Shown: piece after piece, positions 8,556-18,963 of the stretch
Position numbering within the stretch: the stretch's first letter is position 1
Layout: each line of letters opens with the position of its first letter
Origin: Elusimicrobiota bacterium
Lineage (GTDB): Bacteria > Elusimicrobiota > Elusimicrobia > F11
Length of the DNA: 23,640 nt
NCBI GenBank assembly: GCA_046153645.1
Contig: JBJXGI010000058.1
Location: 1 to 23,640 of the forward strand
Reading direction: 5' to 3'
Program-made: the position numbers and the translations under genes
The notes under the pieces: model-generated
The model's database searches: none
Told to the model about the DNA's origin: nothing
The model's input: the letters and a program-made list of their open reading frames with translations, nothing else

Positions 8556-9318
8556 TAGAAGTAGCTCCATGACGCTCTAAGGTTTGAATGAAAATTTCTT
8601 CTAATTTTCCTGGTGATTGTGCCCATTGAGACCGGTCTAAAACAGTCACCAAACGCCCGTCAATAAGAACTCCCACACGATGAGCCAGTTTTTCTAATTC
8701 AGATAAACTATGAGACGAGATGAGAATGGAAACTCCTTTTTTTTGATTTAATTCAAAAAAAAGCTCGCGAAATTGACGAATCCCCAGCGGATCTAAACCT
8801 GTCATAGGCTCATCTAATACTAAAAATTCGGGGTTATGAATGAGAGCTTGCGCTAAGGCCACGCGTTGAAGCATTCCTTTTGAAAATTCTCGCATGGCTC
8901 TTTTCCTGGCATGATCTAAGCGAACCAATCGAATAACCTCATCAACTCGCGTTTTGATATGACTCGGAACTAACTGTGATAATTCAGCGTAAAAGGTAAG
9001 TACTTCTTCAGGATTGAGGTTTCGATAAAAGTAAGGAACTTCAGGTAAATACCCCAATCTTTTTTGTGATTCGGGATGCGGGGTGGGATTTCCAAAAATA
9101 GAAATTTCCCCTTTCGTTGGGAAAAGAAGGCCTAAAACCAGTTTTAAGGTTGTTGTTTTACCAGAACCATTTAAACCAAGGAGTCCAAATACTTCTCCTG
9201 CCTTTACATCAAACGAAATTTCATCAATCCCGCGATGAACCGTCGTTCGCCCCAAATGAGAGCGCTTGTAAACTTTTGAAAGATTCTTTATGGATAATAC
9301 AGTAGCTGAATCTGTCAT
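8548..9318 (-). CDS. ABC transporter ATP-binding protein (PilH-like)
   Basis: Walker A GLNGSGKTT, signature FSKGMLQR, Walker B LVLDEP, SSH switch. Confidence 0.95.
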   Translation of the reverse strand: MTDSATVLSIKNLSKVYKRSHLGRTTVHRGIDEISFDVKAGEVFGLLGLNGSGKTTTLKLVLGLLFPTKGEISIFGNPTPHPESQKRLGYLPEVPYFYRNLNPEEVLTFYAELSQLVPSHIKTRVDEVIRLVRLDHARKRAMREFSKGMLQRVALAQALIHNPEFLVLDEPMTGLDPLGIRQFRELFFELNQKKGVSILISSHSLSELEKLAHRVGVLIDGRLVTVLDRSQWAQSPGKLEEIFIQTLERHGATSNA

Positions 9319-9327
9319 GTATAAATT

Positions 9328-10917
9328 TTATATTTGAACAAGCCTCACATCAAGTATGGCCGCATTGGTACGAATGGCTTCGAGAACTTTATCTGTTACT
9401 TTTTCATCTACCGTTAAAATACTAACGGCTTCACCACCAGCCGCCCGACGTCCAACGTCATAACCAGCAATATTAATTTGAGCGGCCCCCAAAATCGTTC
9501 CCACAAACCCAACGACACCAGGGCGATCGATATTGGTTAACACAATCATATTCCCCTCAGGGATGATGTCTAACACCAAGTCGTCTATCGCAACCAAATG
9601 AGGTTGATCCGTTCTAAAAATTGCTCCTGACACTTTTCGACGAGTGCGGCCCGTATCAACTTCAATCGATAATAAACCGGTGTATTCTTTAGAATCAGGT
9701 TCAGCTACTTCTTTAATCTCAATACTAAAATCGGCCGCTTTGCCAACAGCATTAACAGCCGTAATCCCTGATGTTCTTGAGGATAAAATTCCCGCCGTGG
9801 CATCCGCGGTTAACGGAGACAAATTATGTCGACTTAAAGTTCCAGCCCCTGTAATCGTAATCTTTTTTATAGGACCATCAACAATTTGACCGATAAACCG
9901 ACCCAATCGATTTGCCAATACTGTATAAGGTTTTATTTCCGGAGGAAGACCCGCAGGAAGATTCAGCGCATTGCGAGGAATTCCTTTTTCAAAATATTCA
10001 ACAACAGCTTCAGCCAATTGAACGGCAACTTTCGACTGAGCTTCTTCTGTCGAGGCGCCTAAATGAGGCGTGGCCACAACATTGGGATGTTTGATAACTG
10101 AATAATCAGTTGGAGGCTCTTGTTCGAATACATCAAGGGCGGCTCCTTTCACGTGTTCGCTGTTAAGCGCATCAAGCAAAGCTTTTTCATCAATAACCCC
10201 GCCACGCGCGCAATTAACAATACGAACACCCTTTTTCATTTTGGCAATGGTTTGAGCATTGATCATATTTTTAGTCGCTTCCGTTAAAGGAACGTGAGTT
10301 GAAATGAAATCGGATTCTGCAATAACAGTTTCCAACGAAACCAATTTGACTCCAACCAACTTACACCATTCTGGGTCGGCCATAGGATCGTGGGCCATAA
10401 TTTGCATTTCAAGACCTAATGCGCGAGTGGCCACTTCTCTGCCTACTCTACCTAAGCCGATGAGTCCTAATTTTTTACCGACAAGTTCGCTTCCAGTAAA
10501 TTTTTTACGATCCCAGCGTCCTTGTTTCATGCTGCTATCGGCCGCAGCCACGTTGTGAGCCAATGCCATAATAAGAGAAACCGTATGTTCAGCCGCTGAA
10601 ACAGTGTTTCCACCGGGCACGTTCATGACAATAACACCCTGCTTTGAGGCTGCCGCTAAATCAATATTGTCAACACCAACACCAGCACGACCCACTAATT
10701 TTAAATTTTTTCCTGACTCCAACACCGTTGGTGTCACCCTTGTTTCTGAACGGACCAATAACACATCGGCAATTCCGATTTCTTTTAATAATTCTTCAGG
10801 TTTTAATCCTGTTTTTATAGAGACATTAAATTTAGAATTTGACAATAGTGGTTCAAGACCTTCTTTATCAATAGGATCACTCACTAAAACATTTACCATT
10901 TTCTTATCCTCGCTCAT
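9328..10917 (-). CDS. serA: D-3-phosphoglycerate dehydrogenase, long form with ASB and ACT domains
   Basis: GRAGVGVDNID, GLGRVG Rossmann motif, NCARGG, TPHLGASTEEAQ, C-terminal ACT (DRPGVVG..LG...INIA). Confidence 0.96.
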   Translation of the reverse strand: MSEDKKMVNVLVSDPIDKEGLEPLLSNSKFNVSIKTGLKPEELLKEIGIADVLLVRSETRVTPTVLESGKNLKLVGRAGVGVDNIDLAAASKQGVIVMNVPGGNTVSAAEHTVSLIMALAHNVAAADSSMKQGRWDRKKFTGSELVGKKLGLIGLGRVGREVATRALGLEMQIMAHDPMADPEWCKLVGVKLVSLETVIAESDFISTHVPLTEATKNMINAQTIAKMKKGVRIVNCARGGVIDEKALLDALNSEHVKGAALDVFEQEPPTDYSVIKHPNVVATPHLGASTEEAQSKVAVQLAEAVVEYFEKGIPRNALNLPAGLPPEIKPYTVLANRLGRFIGQIVDGPIKKITITGAGTLSRHNLSPLTADATAGILSSRTSGITAVNAVGKAADFSIEIKEVAEPDSKEYTGLLSIEVDTGRTRRKVSGAIFRTDQPHLVAIDDLVLDIIPEGNMIVLTNIDRPGVVGFVGTILGAAQINIAGYDVGRRAAGGEAVSILTVDEKVTDKVLEAIRTNAAILDVRLVQI

Positions 10918-12051
10918 TTAGACCATCGCCGCTTTGGCAGCTTCAATACCAGCGGCTGGTTTGGGAAGTTTATAACCCATCTGGGTTAAAGTTTTTTCGA
11001 GAGCCGTTAGCCCCACCATCATATCGAACTCGTCCATATACCCCATATGTGCTAATCGGAAAATTTTTCCTTTTAAATGGTCTTGTCCGCCAGCAATAGA
11101 AACACCCTGATCTTGGAGCATCTTTTTAATTAAAAGATTTCCATCAAATCCCTCTGGTAGTTTGGCGGCAGTTAATACAGAACACGGCCGAGAAGAAAGA
11201 AAAGGAAAGCCCATCGCAGCAATACCCGCTTGCGCAATTTTTTGAAGGCGTAAATGTCTCGCCCATACACCTTCAATTGTTTCTTCTTTAATCATTTTAA
11301 GAGCTTCACTCAGTGATGCAAATAATGTGACGGGCGGAGTCCAAGGTGTTTCATTATCCTTGATAGAGGCACGAATGGTTTTAAAATCTGAATAGAAACG
11401 AGGCGACTTCGCGGATTTATTTAATTCCCAGGCCTTATCTGAAAGAGTTGCCATGGCAATTCCAGGAGCCGTCATTAATCCTTTTTGTGAGCCACCCACA
11501 ACAACATCACATTTCCAATCGTCAAAATGAAGTTCTTCTCCAGCAAGACCCGAAACAGAATCAACAACAAGAATCGCATTTGTCTTTGAAACAACTTGAC
11601 CAAGCGCTTTAATATCATTAACAGTCCCTGTTGAAGTATCTGTGTGTTGAACAAATACCACTTTAATTTCAGGATTTTTCTTAAGAGCCTCTTCTACTTT
11701 ATGAGGACTCAAAGGAGTTCCCCATTCTTCTCGAATAATATGGGTTTTTAGACCAAAAGCATTACAAATGCCGATCCAACGCTCTCCAAATGAACCAATG
11801 CTTCCAACAAGAACAGGATCACCGGCAGAAGTTAAATTGGCCACCGCCGCATCCATCGCCGCCGTACCGGAACCCGAAATCATAATCACATCTTGTTTGG
11901 TTTTTAAAACATACTTCATTCCTTCTTGAACTGAAGAAAAAACATCTCCAAATTCTTTTGTTCGATGATGCAAAATGGGCTCGGATGATTTAGCGGCAAC
12001 TCTTGCAGGAACGGGGGTCGGACCGGGGGTTAATAAATAGTATTTCTTCAT
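10918..12051 (-). CDS. Class V PLP aminotransferase (alanine-glyoxylate/serine-pyruvate family; probable phosphoserine aminotransferase role)
   Basis: LLTPGPT, DTSTG, VVDSVS, GSQKGL (PLP lysine), FRLAHMG; directly abuts serA. Confidence 0.9.
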   Translation of the reverse strand: MKKYYLLTPGPTPVPARVAAKSSEPILHHRTKEFGDVFSSVQEGMKYVLKTKQDVIMISGSGTAAMDAAVANLTSAGDPVLVGSIGSFGERWIGICNAFGLKTHIIREEWGTPLSPHKVEEALKKNPEIKVVFVQHTDTSTGTVNDIKALGQVVSKTNAILVVDSVSGLAGEELHFDDWKCDVVVGGSQKGLMTAPGIAMATLSDKAWELNKSAKSPRFYSDFKTIRASIKDNETPWTPPVTLFASLSEALKMIKEETIEGVWARHLRLQKIAQAGIAAMGFPFLSSRPCSVLTAAKLPEGFDGNLLIKKMLQDQGVSIAGGQDHLKGKIFRLAHMGYMDEFDMMVGLTALEKTLTQMGYKLPKPAAGIEAAKAAMV

Positions 12052-12076
12052 GAAACGTTTATCACTCCTTTTATAA

Positions 12077-14497
12077 CTAATCCCTTAACAGAGGGAATAC
12101 TTTTGATTTCGTCTCGGCTTTGGTTGAAGAGGGACTCTGAACAATCGCTTTGTGAAAAACATCATCGATTGACTCAACAGAATACATCTTCACTTGTTTT
12201 AAAATTTTCTCAGAAATCTCAGCCAAATCTTTTTCGTTACCCTTAGGGAAGAGAACAACTTTAATTCCCTCTCGAAAAGCGGCAACGACCTTTTCTTTGA
12301 GACCGCCAATCGGTAAAACTCGTCCACGCAAAGTCACTTCACCAGTCATAGCTAAATCTTTTTGAACTGGTTTCCCAGACAAAGCGGAATAAATAGCAAC
12401 GGTTAAAGCAATACCAGCAGAGGGGCCATCCTTGGGAACAGCTCCTTCTGGAATGTGGATATGAATATCGGTTTTAGTAAATAAATTCTGACGGAGCCCC
12501 AACTTCGAAGCACGTGATCGAATCAAAGAATAGGCCGCTTGAGCTGATTCCTGCATGACAGAACCAAGCTTTCCTGTTAAGGTTAGTTTTCCTTTTCCAG
12601 GCATGGTATTAACTTCGATGGTTAAGGTTTCCCCTCCATGTTCTGTCCAGGCCAGACCCGTCACAACCCCAACTGAGTTGACGGTAATTTTCTCTCGAAT
12701 AAAATCTGGAGCCCCCAAGTAACGAGAAAGATCTTTTAGCGCAATAGCGTTAACAGCTGATTTGACGTTTTTCTCAGAATTCCTAACAAATTCAACTGCT
12801 ACTTTTCTACAGATTTGAGCAATTTTTCTACTCAACTCTCTCACTCCGGCTTCTTGGGTATAAGTGTGAATTAATTTCCGCAAAGCTTCTTCTTCGAACT
12901 GAATTGAACTGGATTCTAACCCGTGATCTTTTAAAGCTTTGGGAAGTAAAAATTTATTGGCAATAGATACTTTTTCATCAGTGGTATACGCACTAAAACG
13001 AATCACTTCCAAACGATCTTGAAGAGTACTCGGAATTCCATAAAGCGAATTTGCCGTCGTAATAAAAATCACTTGAGACAAGTCAAAACCAGCATCTAAA
13101 TAATGATCAACAAAATTTTTATTTTGTTCAGGATCTAAAACTTCAAGAAGAGCAGCTGCAGGGTCACCCCTTAAATCAGAGCCCATTTTATCGATTTCAT
13201 CTAATAAAATAACCGGATTACGGGTTTTTACTTTCCTTAAACTATGAATAATTCTCCCTGGCATAGACCCAATATAGGTGCGCCTATGACCACGAATATC
13301 AGATTCATCTCGAACCCCACCCAAAGAAATTCTTACAAACTCTCGTCCCATGGCTCTTGCTAAAGATTTAGCAAGAGATGTTTTCCCAACTCCAGGAGGC
13401 CCCACAAAACAAAGCGCCGGCCCTTTCAAAGTTTGGGTTAGTTTTAACACCGCCAAATATTCCAACAAACGCTCTTTAGGTTTATTCAAACCGAAGTGAT
13501 CTTCTTCTAAAATTTTTTGAGCATCTCGCATATCGATTTGGTCTTTTGTCAATGTATTCCAAGGCAAACCGACAATCCATTCGAGGTAATTTCTAACAAC
13601 CGTGGCTTCAGGAGAAAAAGGCATCATTTTTTCCAAACGGTCTACTTCTTTCAAAGCCATTTCTTCGGTTTCAGCGGAAAGTTTCAATTCCTTAATTTTT
13701 TGACGGAAATTTTCTATTTCCTGACCAGAATCATCCTTCTTCTTTAACTCTTTTTGAATGGCGCGCATTTGCTCATTTAGATAATACTCTTTTTGGTTTT
13801 TTTCAATTTGGCGATGCACCCGCAATTGAATTTTTCTCTCAATATTTAAAATTTCAATTTCTGAATCTAAAATTTCTACCAATCGGGCCAATCGTTTAGG
13901 AATAGAGGCCGTCTCAATAAGATCTTGTTTTTCTTCTAAACCAATTAATAACGCATCACAAATAAAATCAGTAAATTGGTCCAATGAAGTAATAAGGTTG
14001 GCATTAGCAACCACATCAACATGGATGCGTCCTGTTTTTTTCGAATAATCTTCAAATTTTTTAATAACAAGCCGGCGGTGAGCTTCCAATTTTAGTGGAT
14101 CTTCGTTATTCAGAGAAGGAACAATCACAGGCTGAACATCAGCCACTAAATAACCCTCTTTTTCTGACATATCGAGCAAATGGGCGCGAGCGCGACCAAC
14201 AACTTTCACTCGAATAATGCCTTCAGGCAAATTGACAATTTGAAGAATCTCAGCAACAGTGCCATGCTCATAAAGATCTCCCTGCTTGGGATCTTCTACT
14301 TTCATATGCCGCTGAGCGGTAATAAAAATAAGCTTATTGCCTTCAAAAGCTTTCTGAATGGCTTGAATAGATTTTTCTCTTCCAACGACCAACGGAGCTG
14401 AAACAGAGGGAAATACAATACGATCCCTTACCGGAAGAATCGGCATTTTTGATGGGAAAGGCATATTTTCTTGATGAATGTTTTTAGATTCAGGCAT
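12077..14497 (-). CDS. lon: ATP-dependent Lon protease
   Basis: LPVRD N-domain, Walker A GPPGVGKTS, LLDEIDK, PKDGPSAG catalytic Ser, IGGLKEK Lys. Start placed at ATG 14497 just after the clpX stop (ORF track extends to 14581). Confidence 0.97.
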   Translation of the reverse strand: MPESKNIHQENMPFPSKMPILPVRDRIVFPSVSAPLVVGREKSIQAIQKAFEGNKLIFITAQRHMKVEDPKQGDLYEHGTVAEILQIVNLPEGIIRVKVVGRARAHLLDMSEKEGYLVADVQPVIVPSLNNEDPLKLEAHRRLVIKKFEDYSKKTGRIHVDVVANANLITSLDQFTDFICDALLIGLEEKQDLIETASIPKRLARLVEILDSEIEILNIERKIQLRVHRQIEKNQKEYYLNEQMRAIQKELKKKDDSGQEIENFRQKIKELKLSAETEEMALKEVDRLEKMMPFSPEATVVRNYLEWIVGLPWNTLTKDQIDMRDAQKILEEDHFGLNKPKERLLEYLAVLKLTQTLKGPALCFVGPPGVGKTSLAKSLARAMGREFVRISLGGVRDESDIRGHRRTYIGSMPGRIIHSLRKVKTRNPVILLDEIDKMGSDLRGDPAAALLEVLDPEQNKNFVDHYLDAGFDLSQVIFITTANSLYGIPSTLQDRLEVIRFSAYTTDEKVSIANKFLLPKALKDHGLESSSIQFEEEALRKLIHTYTQEAGVRELSRKIAQICRKVAVEFVRNSEKNVKSAVNAIALKDLSRYLGAPDFIREKITVNSVGVVTGLAWTEHGGETLTIEVNTMPGKGKLTLTGKLGSVMQESAQAAYSLIRSRASKLGLRQNLFTKTDIHIHIPEGAVPKDGPSAGIALTVAIYSALSGKPVQKDLAMTGEVTLRGRVLPIGGLKEKVVAAFREGIKVVLFPKGNEKDLAEISEKILKQVKMYSVESIDDVFHKAIVQSPSSTKAETKSKVFPLLRD

Positions 14498-14510
14498 TTT
14501 TTTCTTGAAA

Positions 14511-15782
14511 TTAAGCGGTTTGTTTATCTGCATCGCCGTAAATACGTATCGGCAACTTTTCTTTGCGAACAACAGACTCATCTATGACTACTTTTTTCAA
14601 ATTTTTCTGTTCTGGAAGCTCATACATGAGATCAAGAGTCATATCTTCCACGATCGCACGTAAACCTCGGGCTCCCGATCCCCGTTTAATGGCAATAGAG
14701 GCAATCTCTTTAAGGGCGGTTTCAGTGATATCCAAATCAACCCCTTCTAACTTGAACATTTTGACAAATTGTTTAACAAGAGCATTTTTAGGGCGGGTAA
14801 GAATATCAACCAGCGCACCCAGTCCAAGAGGTTCTAATGTACTAATAACAGGTAAACGCCCAATGAGTTCTGGAATAAGCCCATAGGAAATAAGGTCTTC
14901 GGGTTGAACATATTTCATCATTTCACCGTGAGGAACTTTCTTCCCATTTTGAACATCAGCTCCAAACCCTAATCCTTGACGTCCCATACGGTTTCGAATG
15001 ACGTTATCCATTCCTTCAAAAGCCCCACCACAAATAAAAAGAATATTGGCCGTGTTAACTTGAATATATTCCTGTTGCGGGTGTTTGCGTCCTCCCTGAG
15101 GAGGGACAGAGGCCACGGTTCCTTCTAAAATTTTGAGCAATGCTTGTTGAACCCCTTCACCTGAAACATCACGTGTAATGGAAGGTGAATCAGATTTACG
15201 GGAAATTTTATCGATCTCATCAATATAAACGATCCCGCGTTCGGCTCTTTTAACATCATAAGAGGCAGCTTGAAGAAGGCGCAAAATAATATTTTCAACG
15301 TCTTCTCCAACATAACCCGCTTCAGTTAAAACAGTCGCATCAGCGATAGCAAAAGGAACTTTTAATAACCGTGCCAAAGTTTGAGCTAATAATGTTTTTC
15401 CCGTTCCTGTGGGGCCTACCAATAAAATATTCGATTTACTTAACTCGACATCATTGGTCTTTAAACCACTTTTTGCGGAACGATCTAGAAGTTCTACTCG
15501 TCGGTAATGATTATAAACAGCGACTGAAAGTATTCGTTTGGCTCGTTCTTGACCAATGACATATTCATCGAGAGCTGTTTTTATTTGAGTGGGCCGAGGT
15601 AAATTTCGCACCGCGCTACGCTGTTCTTCGTCTGAAATTTTCTGAAGAAGCGCGTAAGAATTTCGGATACACTCTTCGCAAACATAAGTGCCCTGTCCGC
15701 CAATGAGTTTTAAACCGTCGCTTTTGCCTTTAGCGCAGAAGACACATTGAGGAGATTCTGAAAAACCGTATTCGTTGTCCAT
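14511..15782 (-). CDS. clpX: ATP-dependent Clp protease ATP-binding subunit ClpX
   Basis: C4 zinc finger (CVFC..CEEC), [12 protein letters not shown] pore loop, RKH, LGF loop, GARGLR. Confidence 0.97.
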   Translation of the reverse strand: MDNEYGFSESPQCVFCAKGKSDGLKLIGGQGTYVCEECIRNSYALLQKISDEEQRSAVRNLPRPTQIKTALDEYVIGQERAKRILSVAVYNHYRRVELLDRSAKSGLKTNDVELSKSNILLVGPTGTGKTLLAQTLARLLKVPFAIADATVLTEAGYVGEDVENIILRLLQAASYDVKRAERGIVYIDEIDKISRKSDSPSITRDVSGEGVQQALLKILEGTVASVPPQGGRKHPQQEYIQVNTANILFICGGAFEGMDNVIRNRMGRQGLGFGADVQNGKKVPHGEMMKYVQPEDLISYGLIPELIGRLPVISTLEPLGLGALVDILTRPKNALVKQFVKMFKLEGVDLDITETALKEIASIAIKRGSGARGLRAIVEDMTLDLMYELPEQKNLKKVVIDESVVRKEKLPIRIYGDADKQTA

Positions 15783-15791
15783 AAAACCCGC

Positions 15792-16415
15792 TTATTTTTT
15801 TAGAATATCTGCAATTTTCCGAGGAACAATGACTTCGTCAATAATTCCATATTCTTTGGCTTGTTCCGCTGATAAATAATGATTGCGTTCCATATCAGCC
15901 AAAATTCGATCAAAAGGTTGACCGGTATGTTTGGCCATAATTTCCGTTAATCGATTTTTGGTTTTAACTAACTCTTTAGATTCAATACCAATATCTGTTG
16001 CCTGACCGGAAAGACCTCCACCTGATAACAATGGTTGATGAATCATCACTCTTGAATTAGGTAATGCAAACCGAGAACCTTTAGTTCCTGCTGTTAAAAG
16101 AACGGCACCAAAAGACATGGCCATTCCCATGCAAATCGTTGTAATAGGAGAACGGATATACTGCATTGTATCGTAAACAGCTAAACCAGCTGTTACCATG
16201 CCACCAGGAGAGTTAATATAAAGGTTGATGGGTTTATCCGGGTCTTCTGCTTCTAAATAAAGTAATTGAGCAATAACCAAATTAGCAGAATCAGTAGTTA
16301 CCGCACCACCAAAGCCGCCAATGAAAATGATTCTATCTTTAAGCAAACGGGAAAAAACGTCGTATCCGACAACGGCACCCTGAGTCCACCTCTCAATAAT
16401 CGACGGGACAAGCAT
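15792..16415 (-). CDS. clpP: Clp protease proteolytic subunit (catalytic Asp position is Asn)
   Basis: [26 protein letters not shown] (Ser), MIHQP (His). ATG 16415 overlaps the tig stop (TAATG), GGAGG at 16422-16426. Confidence 0.96.
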   Translation of the reverse strand: MLVPSIIERWTQGAVVGYDVFSRLLKDRIIFIGGFGGAVTTDSANLVIAQLLYLEAEDPDKPINLYINSPGGMVTAGLAVYDTMQYIRSPITTICMGMAMSFGAVLLTAGTKGSRFALPNSRVMIHQPLLSGGGLSGQATDIGIESKELVKTKNRLTEIMAKHTGQPFDRILADMERNHYLSAEQAKEYGIIDEVIVPRKIADILKK

Positions 16416-17731
16416 TAAGAACCTCCAGAAATTTCTTTTATTTTGGCATTTGCAGAAAGCCATTCAAATACTTTTGTTTCTCGCAACTCTGACTTTAAAC
16501 GATCATGATAAGGGCCATTAAAAGCTTTCGAAAGTGTTTCTCGATCTTTCGGATCAATGGTGTTTAACGTTTCTTCAATTTTGGCGGCAATATCTTGATC
16601 AGTCGCTTCAATTTTTTCGGCCTCTGCAATGGCATTGAGAATATAAGCCAATCGAATATCTTTTTCCGCTTGCGTTTTGGCGTCTGGTTTCATTCGGTCC
16701 ACAACATTATCTTGCTCTTCTTTTCCATACCCCTGTTGAGCCATTCGATCCCGTTGACGTTTCAAAATCTGCTCAAACTGATCGTTGACTAAACTGGCTG
16801 GAACGGTAAAAGAATTTTCTTTAAGAAGCTCATCGGCAATTTGATTTTCAACATCCCTTGCTGACGACGTTTTCCAATCCTTTTCTAAATTTTCACGCAC
16901 TTTAGCATTGAGAGCGCTTAAATTTTCAAACCCCAAATCCTTAGCAAACTCTTCATCAATTATCGGCAGTTTTTTCTCTTTAATGGCCTGAAGTTTCACT
17001 TTAAAAACAGCTTCTTTTCCAGCCAAGTCTTTGGCAGGAGAATCCTCTGGAAACTTCACTTTCACTTCTCGCTCTTCTCCCACCTTGGCTCCAACCAATC
17101 CCTCAGCCAGACCGGCAATAGCCTGAGGCGCTGACATGTCCATTAAAAAATTCTTTGCTTCGGCTCCTTTTAGAGCCACTCCGTCTAGAAAACCCTGATA
17201 ATCGATGACGGCATATTGAGTATTAGAAAGAGTGTCCGTTGAAGCTTCAGTTAATTTGGCGTTCATTTGAGCCACGTTTTCAAGGGTCTTTTTAATATCT
17301 TCATCTCCAATCGTTTTTACTTTTTTATTAATTTTAATTCCTTTATGACCTGTCACTTTAAACGTAGGGGCCACTTCAACTTGGAATTCAAATTCGAAAG
17401 GCTTATTTGGAACGAATTTAGCCGATTGAATAATAGGAGTGTGTACGGCCTGGATTTTTTTTATCTTAATAGCTTCACTCACGCCTTCTCTAAGCAAAGT
17501 ATCTTGAGCCTCTTCATGGGCGTAACCCAAAAATTTTTCTTTAACAATTTCAATGGGGGCTTTACCCGGTCTAAAACCAGGAATTTTTGCTTGAGCCTGA
17601 ACTTTAACAAAAGCCGCTTCAATTTTCTCTTTTACTTTATCAACAGGCATTTCAACTGAAACAGTTTGAACACAATCTTTTTCAGAGGAAACCTTAACTT
17701 TAATTTCATTGCTTGATAATCCTAATACCAT
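16415..17731 (-). CDS. tig: Trigger factor
   Basis: [10 protein letters not shown] ribosome-binding signature, FKBP domain, canonical tig-clpP-clpX-lon order. ATG 17731 fits AAGGA spacing better than 17737. Confidence 0.95.
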   Translation of the reverse strand: MVLGLSSNEIKVKVSSEKDCVQTVSVEMPVDKVKEKIEAAFVKVQAQAKIPGFRPGKAPIEIVKEKFLGYAHEEAQDTLLREGVSEAIKIKKIQAVHTPIIQSAKFVPNKPFEFEFQVEVAPTFKVTGHKGIKINKKVKTIGDEDIKKTLENVAQMNAKLTEASTDTLSNTQYAVIDYQGFLDGVALKGAEAKNFLMDMSAPQAIAGLAEGLVGAKVGEEREVKVKFPEDSPAKDLAGKEAVFKVKLQAIKEKKLPIIDEEFAKDLGFENLSALNAKVRENLEKDWKTSSARDVENQIADELLKENSFTVPASLVNDQFEQILKRQRDRMAQQGYGKEEQDNVVDRMKPDAKTQAEKDIRLAYILNAIAEAEKIEATDQDIAAKIEETLNTIDPKDRETLSKAFNGPYHDRLKSELRETKVFEWLSANAKIKEISGGS

Positions 17732-17754
17732 ATTCATTCCTTTGCTTTTGACAT

Positions 17755-17854
17755 CTTCTAATTTCTATTTTCTCATGCCAATTTCTGCTTTTTAAATTTT
17801 ATTTCTCTATGCAATTTCTCTTGGAAATTAGAATTTCGCATGAGAAATGAGAAG
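17755..17854. repeat. Imperfect palindromic repeat, copy 1 (heptamer-periodic, REP-like)
   Basis: cttctaatttctattttctcatgc (17755-17778) ... gaaattagaatttcgcatgagaaatgagaag (17824-17854); the arms are complementary. Confidence 0.7.
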
Positions 17855-17860
17855 TTTTAA

Positions 17861-17944
17861 TGGACGGAAAGGGAGTTGAACCCATAAGCCCTTGCGGGCA
17901 CGAGGTCCTAAGCCTCGCGCGTCTGCCAGTTCCGCCACCCGTCC
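17861..17944 (-). tRNA. tRNA-Leu(UAG), CCA not encoded
   Basis: GGACGGGTGGCGGAACTGGCAGACGCGCGAGG-CTTAGGA-CCTCG, long variable arm GCCCGCAAGGGC, TTCAACT T-loop. Confidence 0.95.
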
Positions 17945-17963
17945 ACCTACGCAACTCAGGCAA

Positions 17964-18032
17964 CTTCTAATTTCTACTTTCTATTTTCTCATGCTCCAAA
18001 CTACAGTTGAAATTAGCATGAGCATATAGAAG
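17964..18032. repeat. Imperfect palindromic repeat, copy 2
   Basis: cttctaatttctactttctattttctcatgc (17964-17994) ... gaaattagcatgagcatatagaag (18009-18032). Confidence 0.7.
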
Positions 18033-18051
18033 GATTTTTCTTCGAAAAATC

Positions 18052-18124
18052 TGCGCCCGGCAGGACTCGAACCTGCGACCTGCTGGTTCGAAGCCAGACG
18101 CTCTTCCAGCTGAGCTACGGACGC
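18052..18124 (-). tRNA. tRNA-Arg(UCG), CCA not encoded
   Basis: GCGTCCGTAGCTCAGCTGGAAGAGCGTCTGG-CTTCGAA-CCAGCAGGTCGCAGG-TTCGAGT-CCTGCCGGGCGCA; anticodon TCG. Confidence 0.95.
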
Positions 18125-18412
18125 AAAAAAATAACTAGATTTCGTGTTTAGGTTGAAATTAAACTCTCTAGGTTGGGTGAATTTATCACATTATCGATAA
18201 TTTTTGAAGAAATTTACCAATTTTCGATAATTAATCGTCCTCGAAACCCAGATAAACAACTTAAAAACTCCACCATCAAAAACGCCAATTGTTTCTAAGA
18301 ACAGGTTTATATTCCCGATTACAATCAACGATGCATCATCAACCCTTTTTTTGACTTGATTTTTTTTTAAACAAAGACCACACTTTCAAATGTCCCAAAC
18401 AAGGAGATTCAA

Positions 18413-18943
18413 ATGAATCGCATATTACTAATGCTATTGTCAATTGCTCTTCTGCAAAGTTCACCAGCTTATGCAGAAACCATAAAATCAAACGTTCTCG
18501 AAACAGGACTCTCAACAGAAACGCTTATTGATCAAACCGGCAGCGCTACCCACGCAGGAGGCGACCAAGGCGAGGTGAATGAGGAGGGCGAGGTTGCTCC
18601 AGATGATAATAACGGGGAACCGGGCTGCTTGAGAAAGATAGACGTCACGATCAATGCGAAAGTTAATCCAGCGCATAACTTCTCCATAAAATTTAACCTC
18701 CATTCAAGTCTTTCAAACACAAACAGAGAGATTATGGTCCCAAAAATAAGAATAGTGAACGGATCGTCTTTTCATCAAGGGAAAACGCAGCTCAAGGCCT
18801 TGAAAAGCGAAGCATTCAAATTGACGGCGAAACCACTAGACCTCCCCGCGCTTTATCAAGCCATCGATGCTCAAACAAAAGATGTTGAAATTGGTTGTGA
18901 GCCCAAATCAGTGATTTTCGATTTTGAAATCAGAAAAAAATGA
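18413..18943 (+). CDS. Secreted hypothetical protein (176 aa)
   Basis: AAGGAG RBS at 18401-18406; Sec signal peptide ending PAYA; acidic linker; two Cys. Confidence 0.85.
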   Translation: MNRILLMLLSIALLQSSPAYAETIKSNVLETGLSTETLIDQTGSATHAGGDQGEVNEEGEVAPDDNNGEPGCLRKIDVTINAKVNPAHNFSIKFNLHSSLSNTNREIMVPKIRIVNGSSFHQGKTQLKALKSEAFKLTAKPLDLPALYQAIDAQTKDVEIGCEPKSVIFDFEIRKK

Positions 18944-18963
18944 AAACGAAAGGAGAAACAATC

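Noticed and set aside
14498..14581. Long N-terminal extension of Lon (likewise ClpP 16416-16463)
   Set aside because: Overlaps the upstream gene; downstream ATGs fit the family starts better
6928..17659. Many short ORFs overlapping the housekeeping genes
   Set aside because: Antisense or off-frame shadows of well-supported genes
17755..18032. Repeat pair as a CRISPR array or att sites
   Set aside because: Only two imperfect copies, the intervening sequence is a tRNA, and no cas or integrase genes are present
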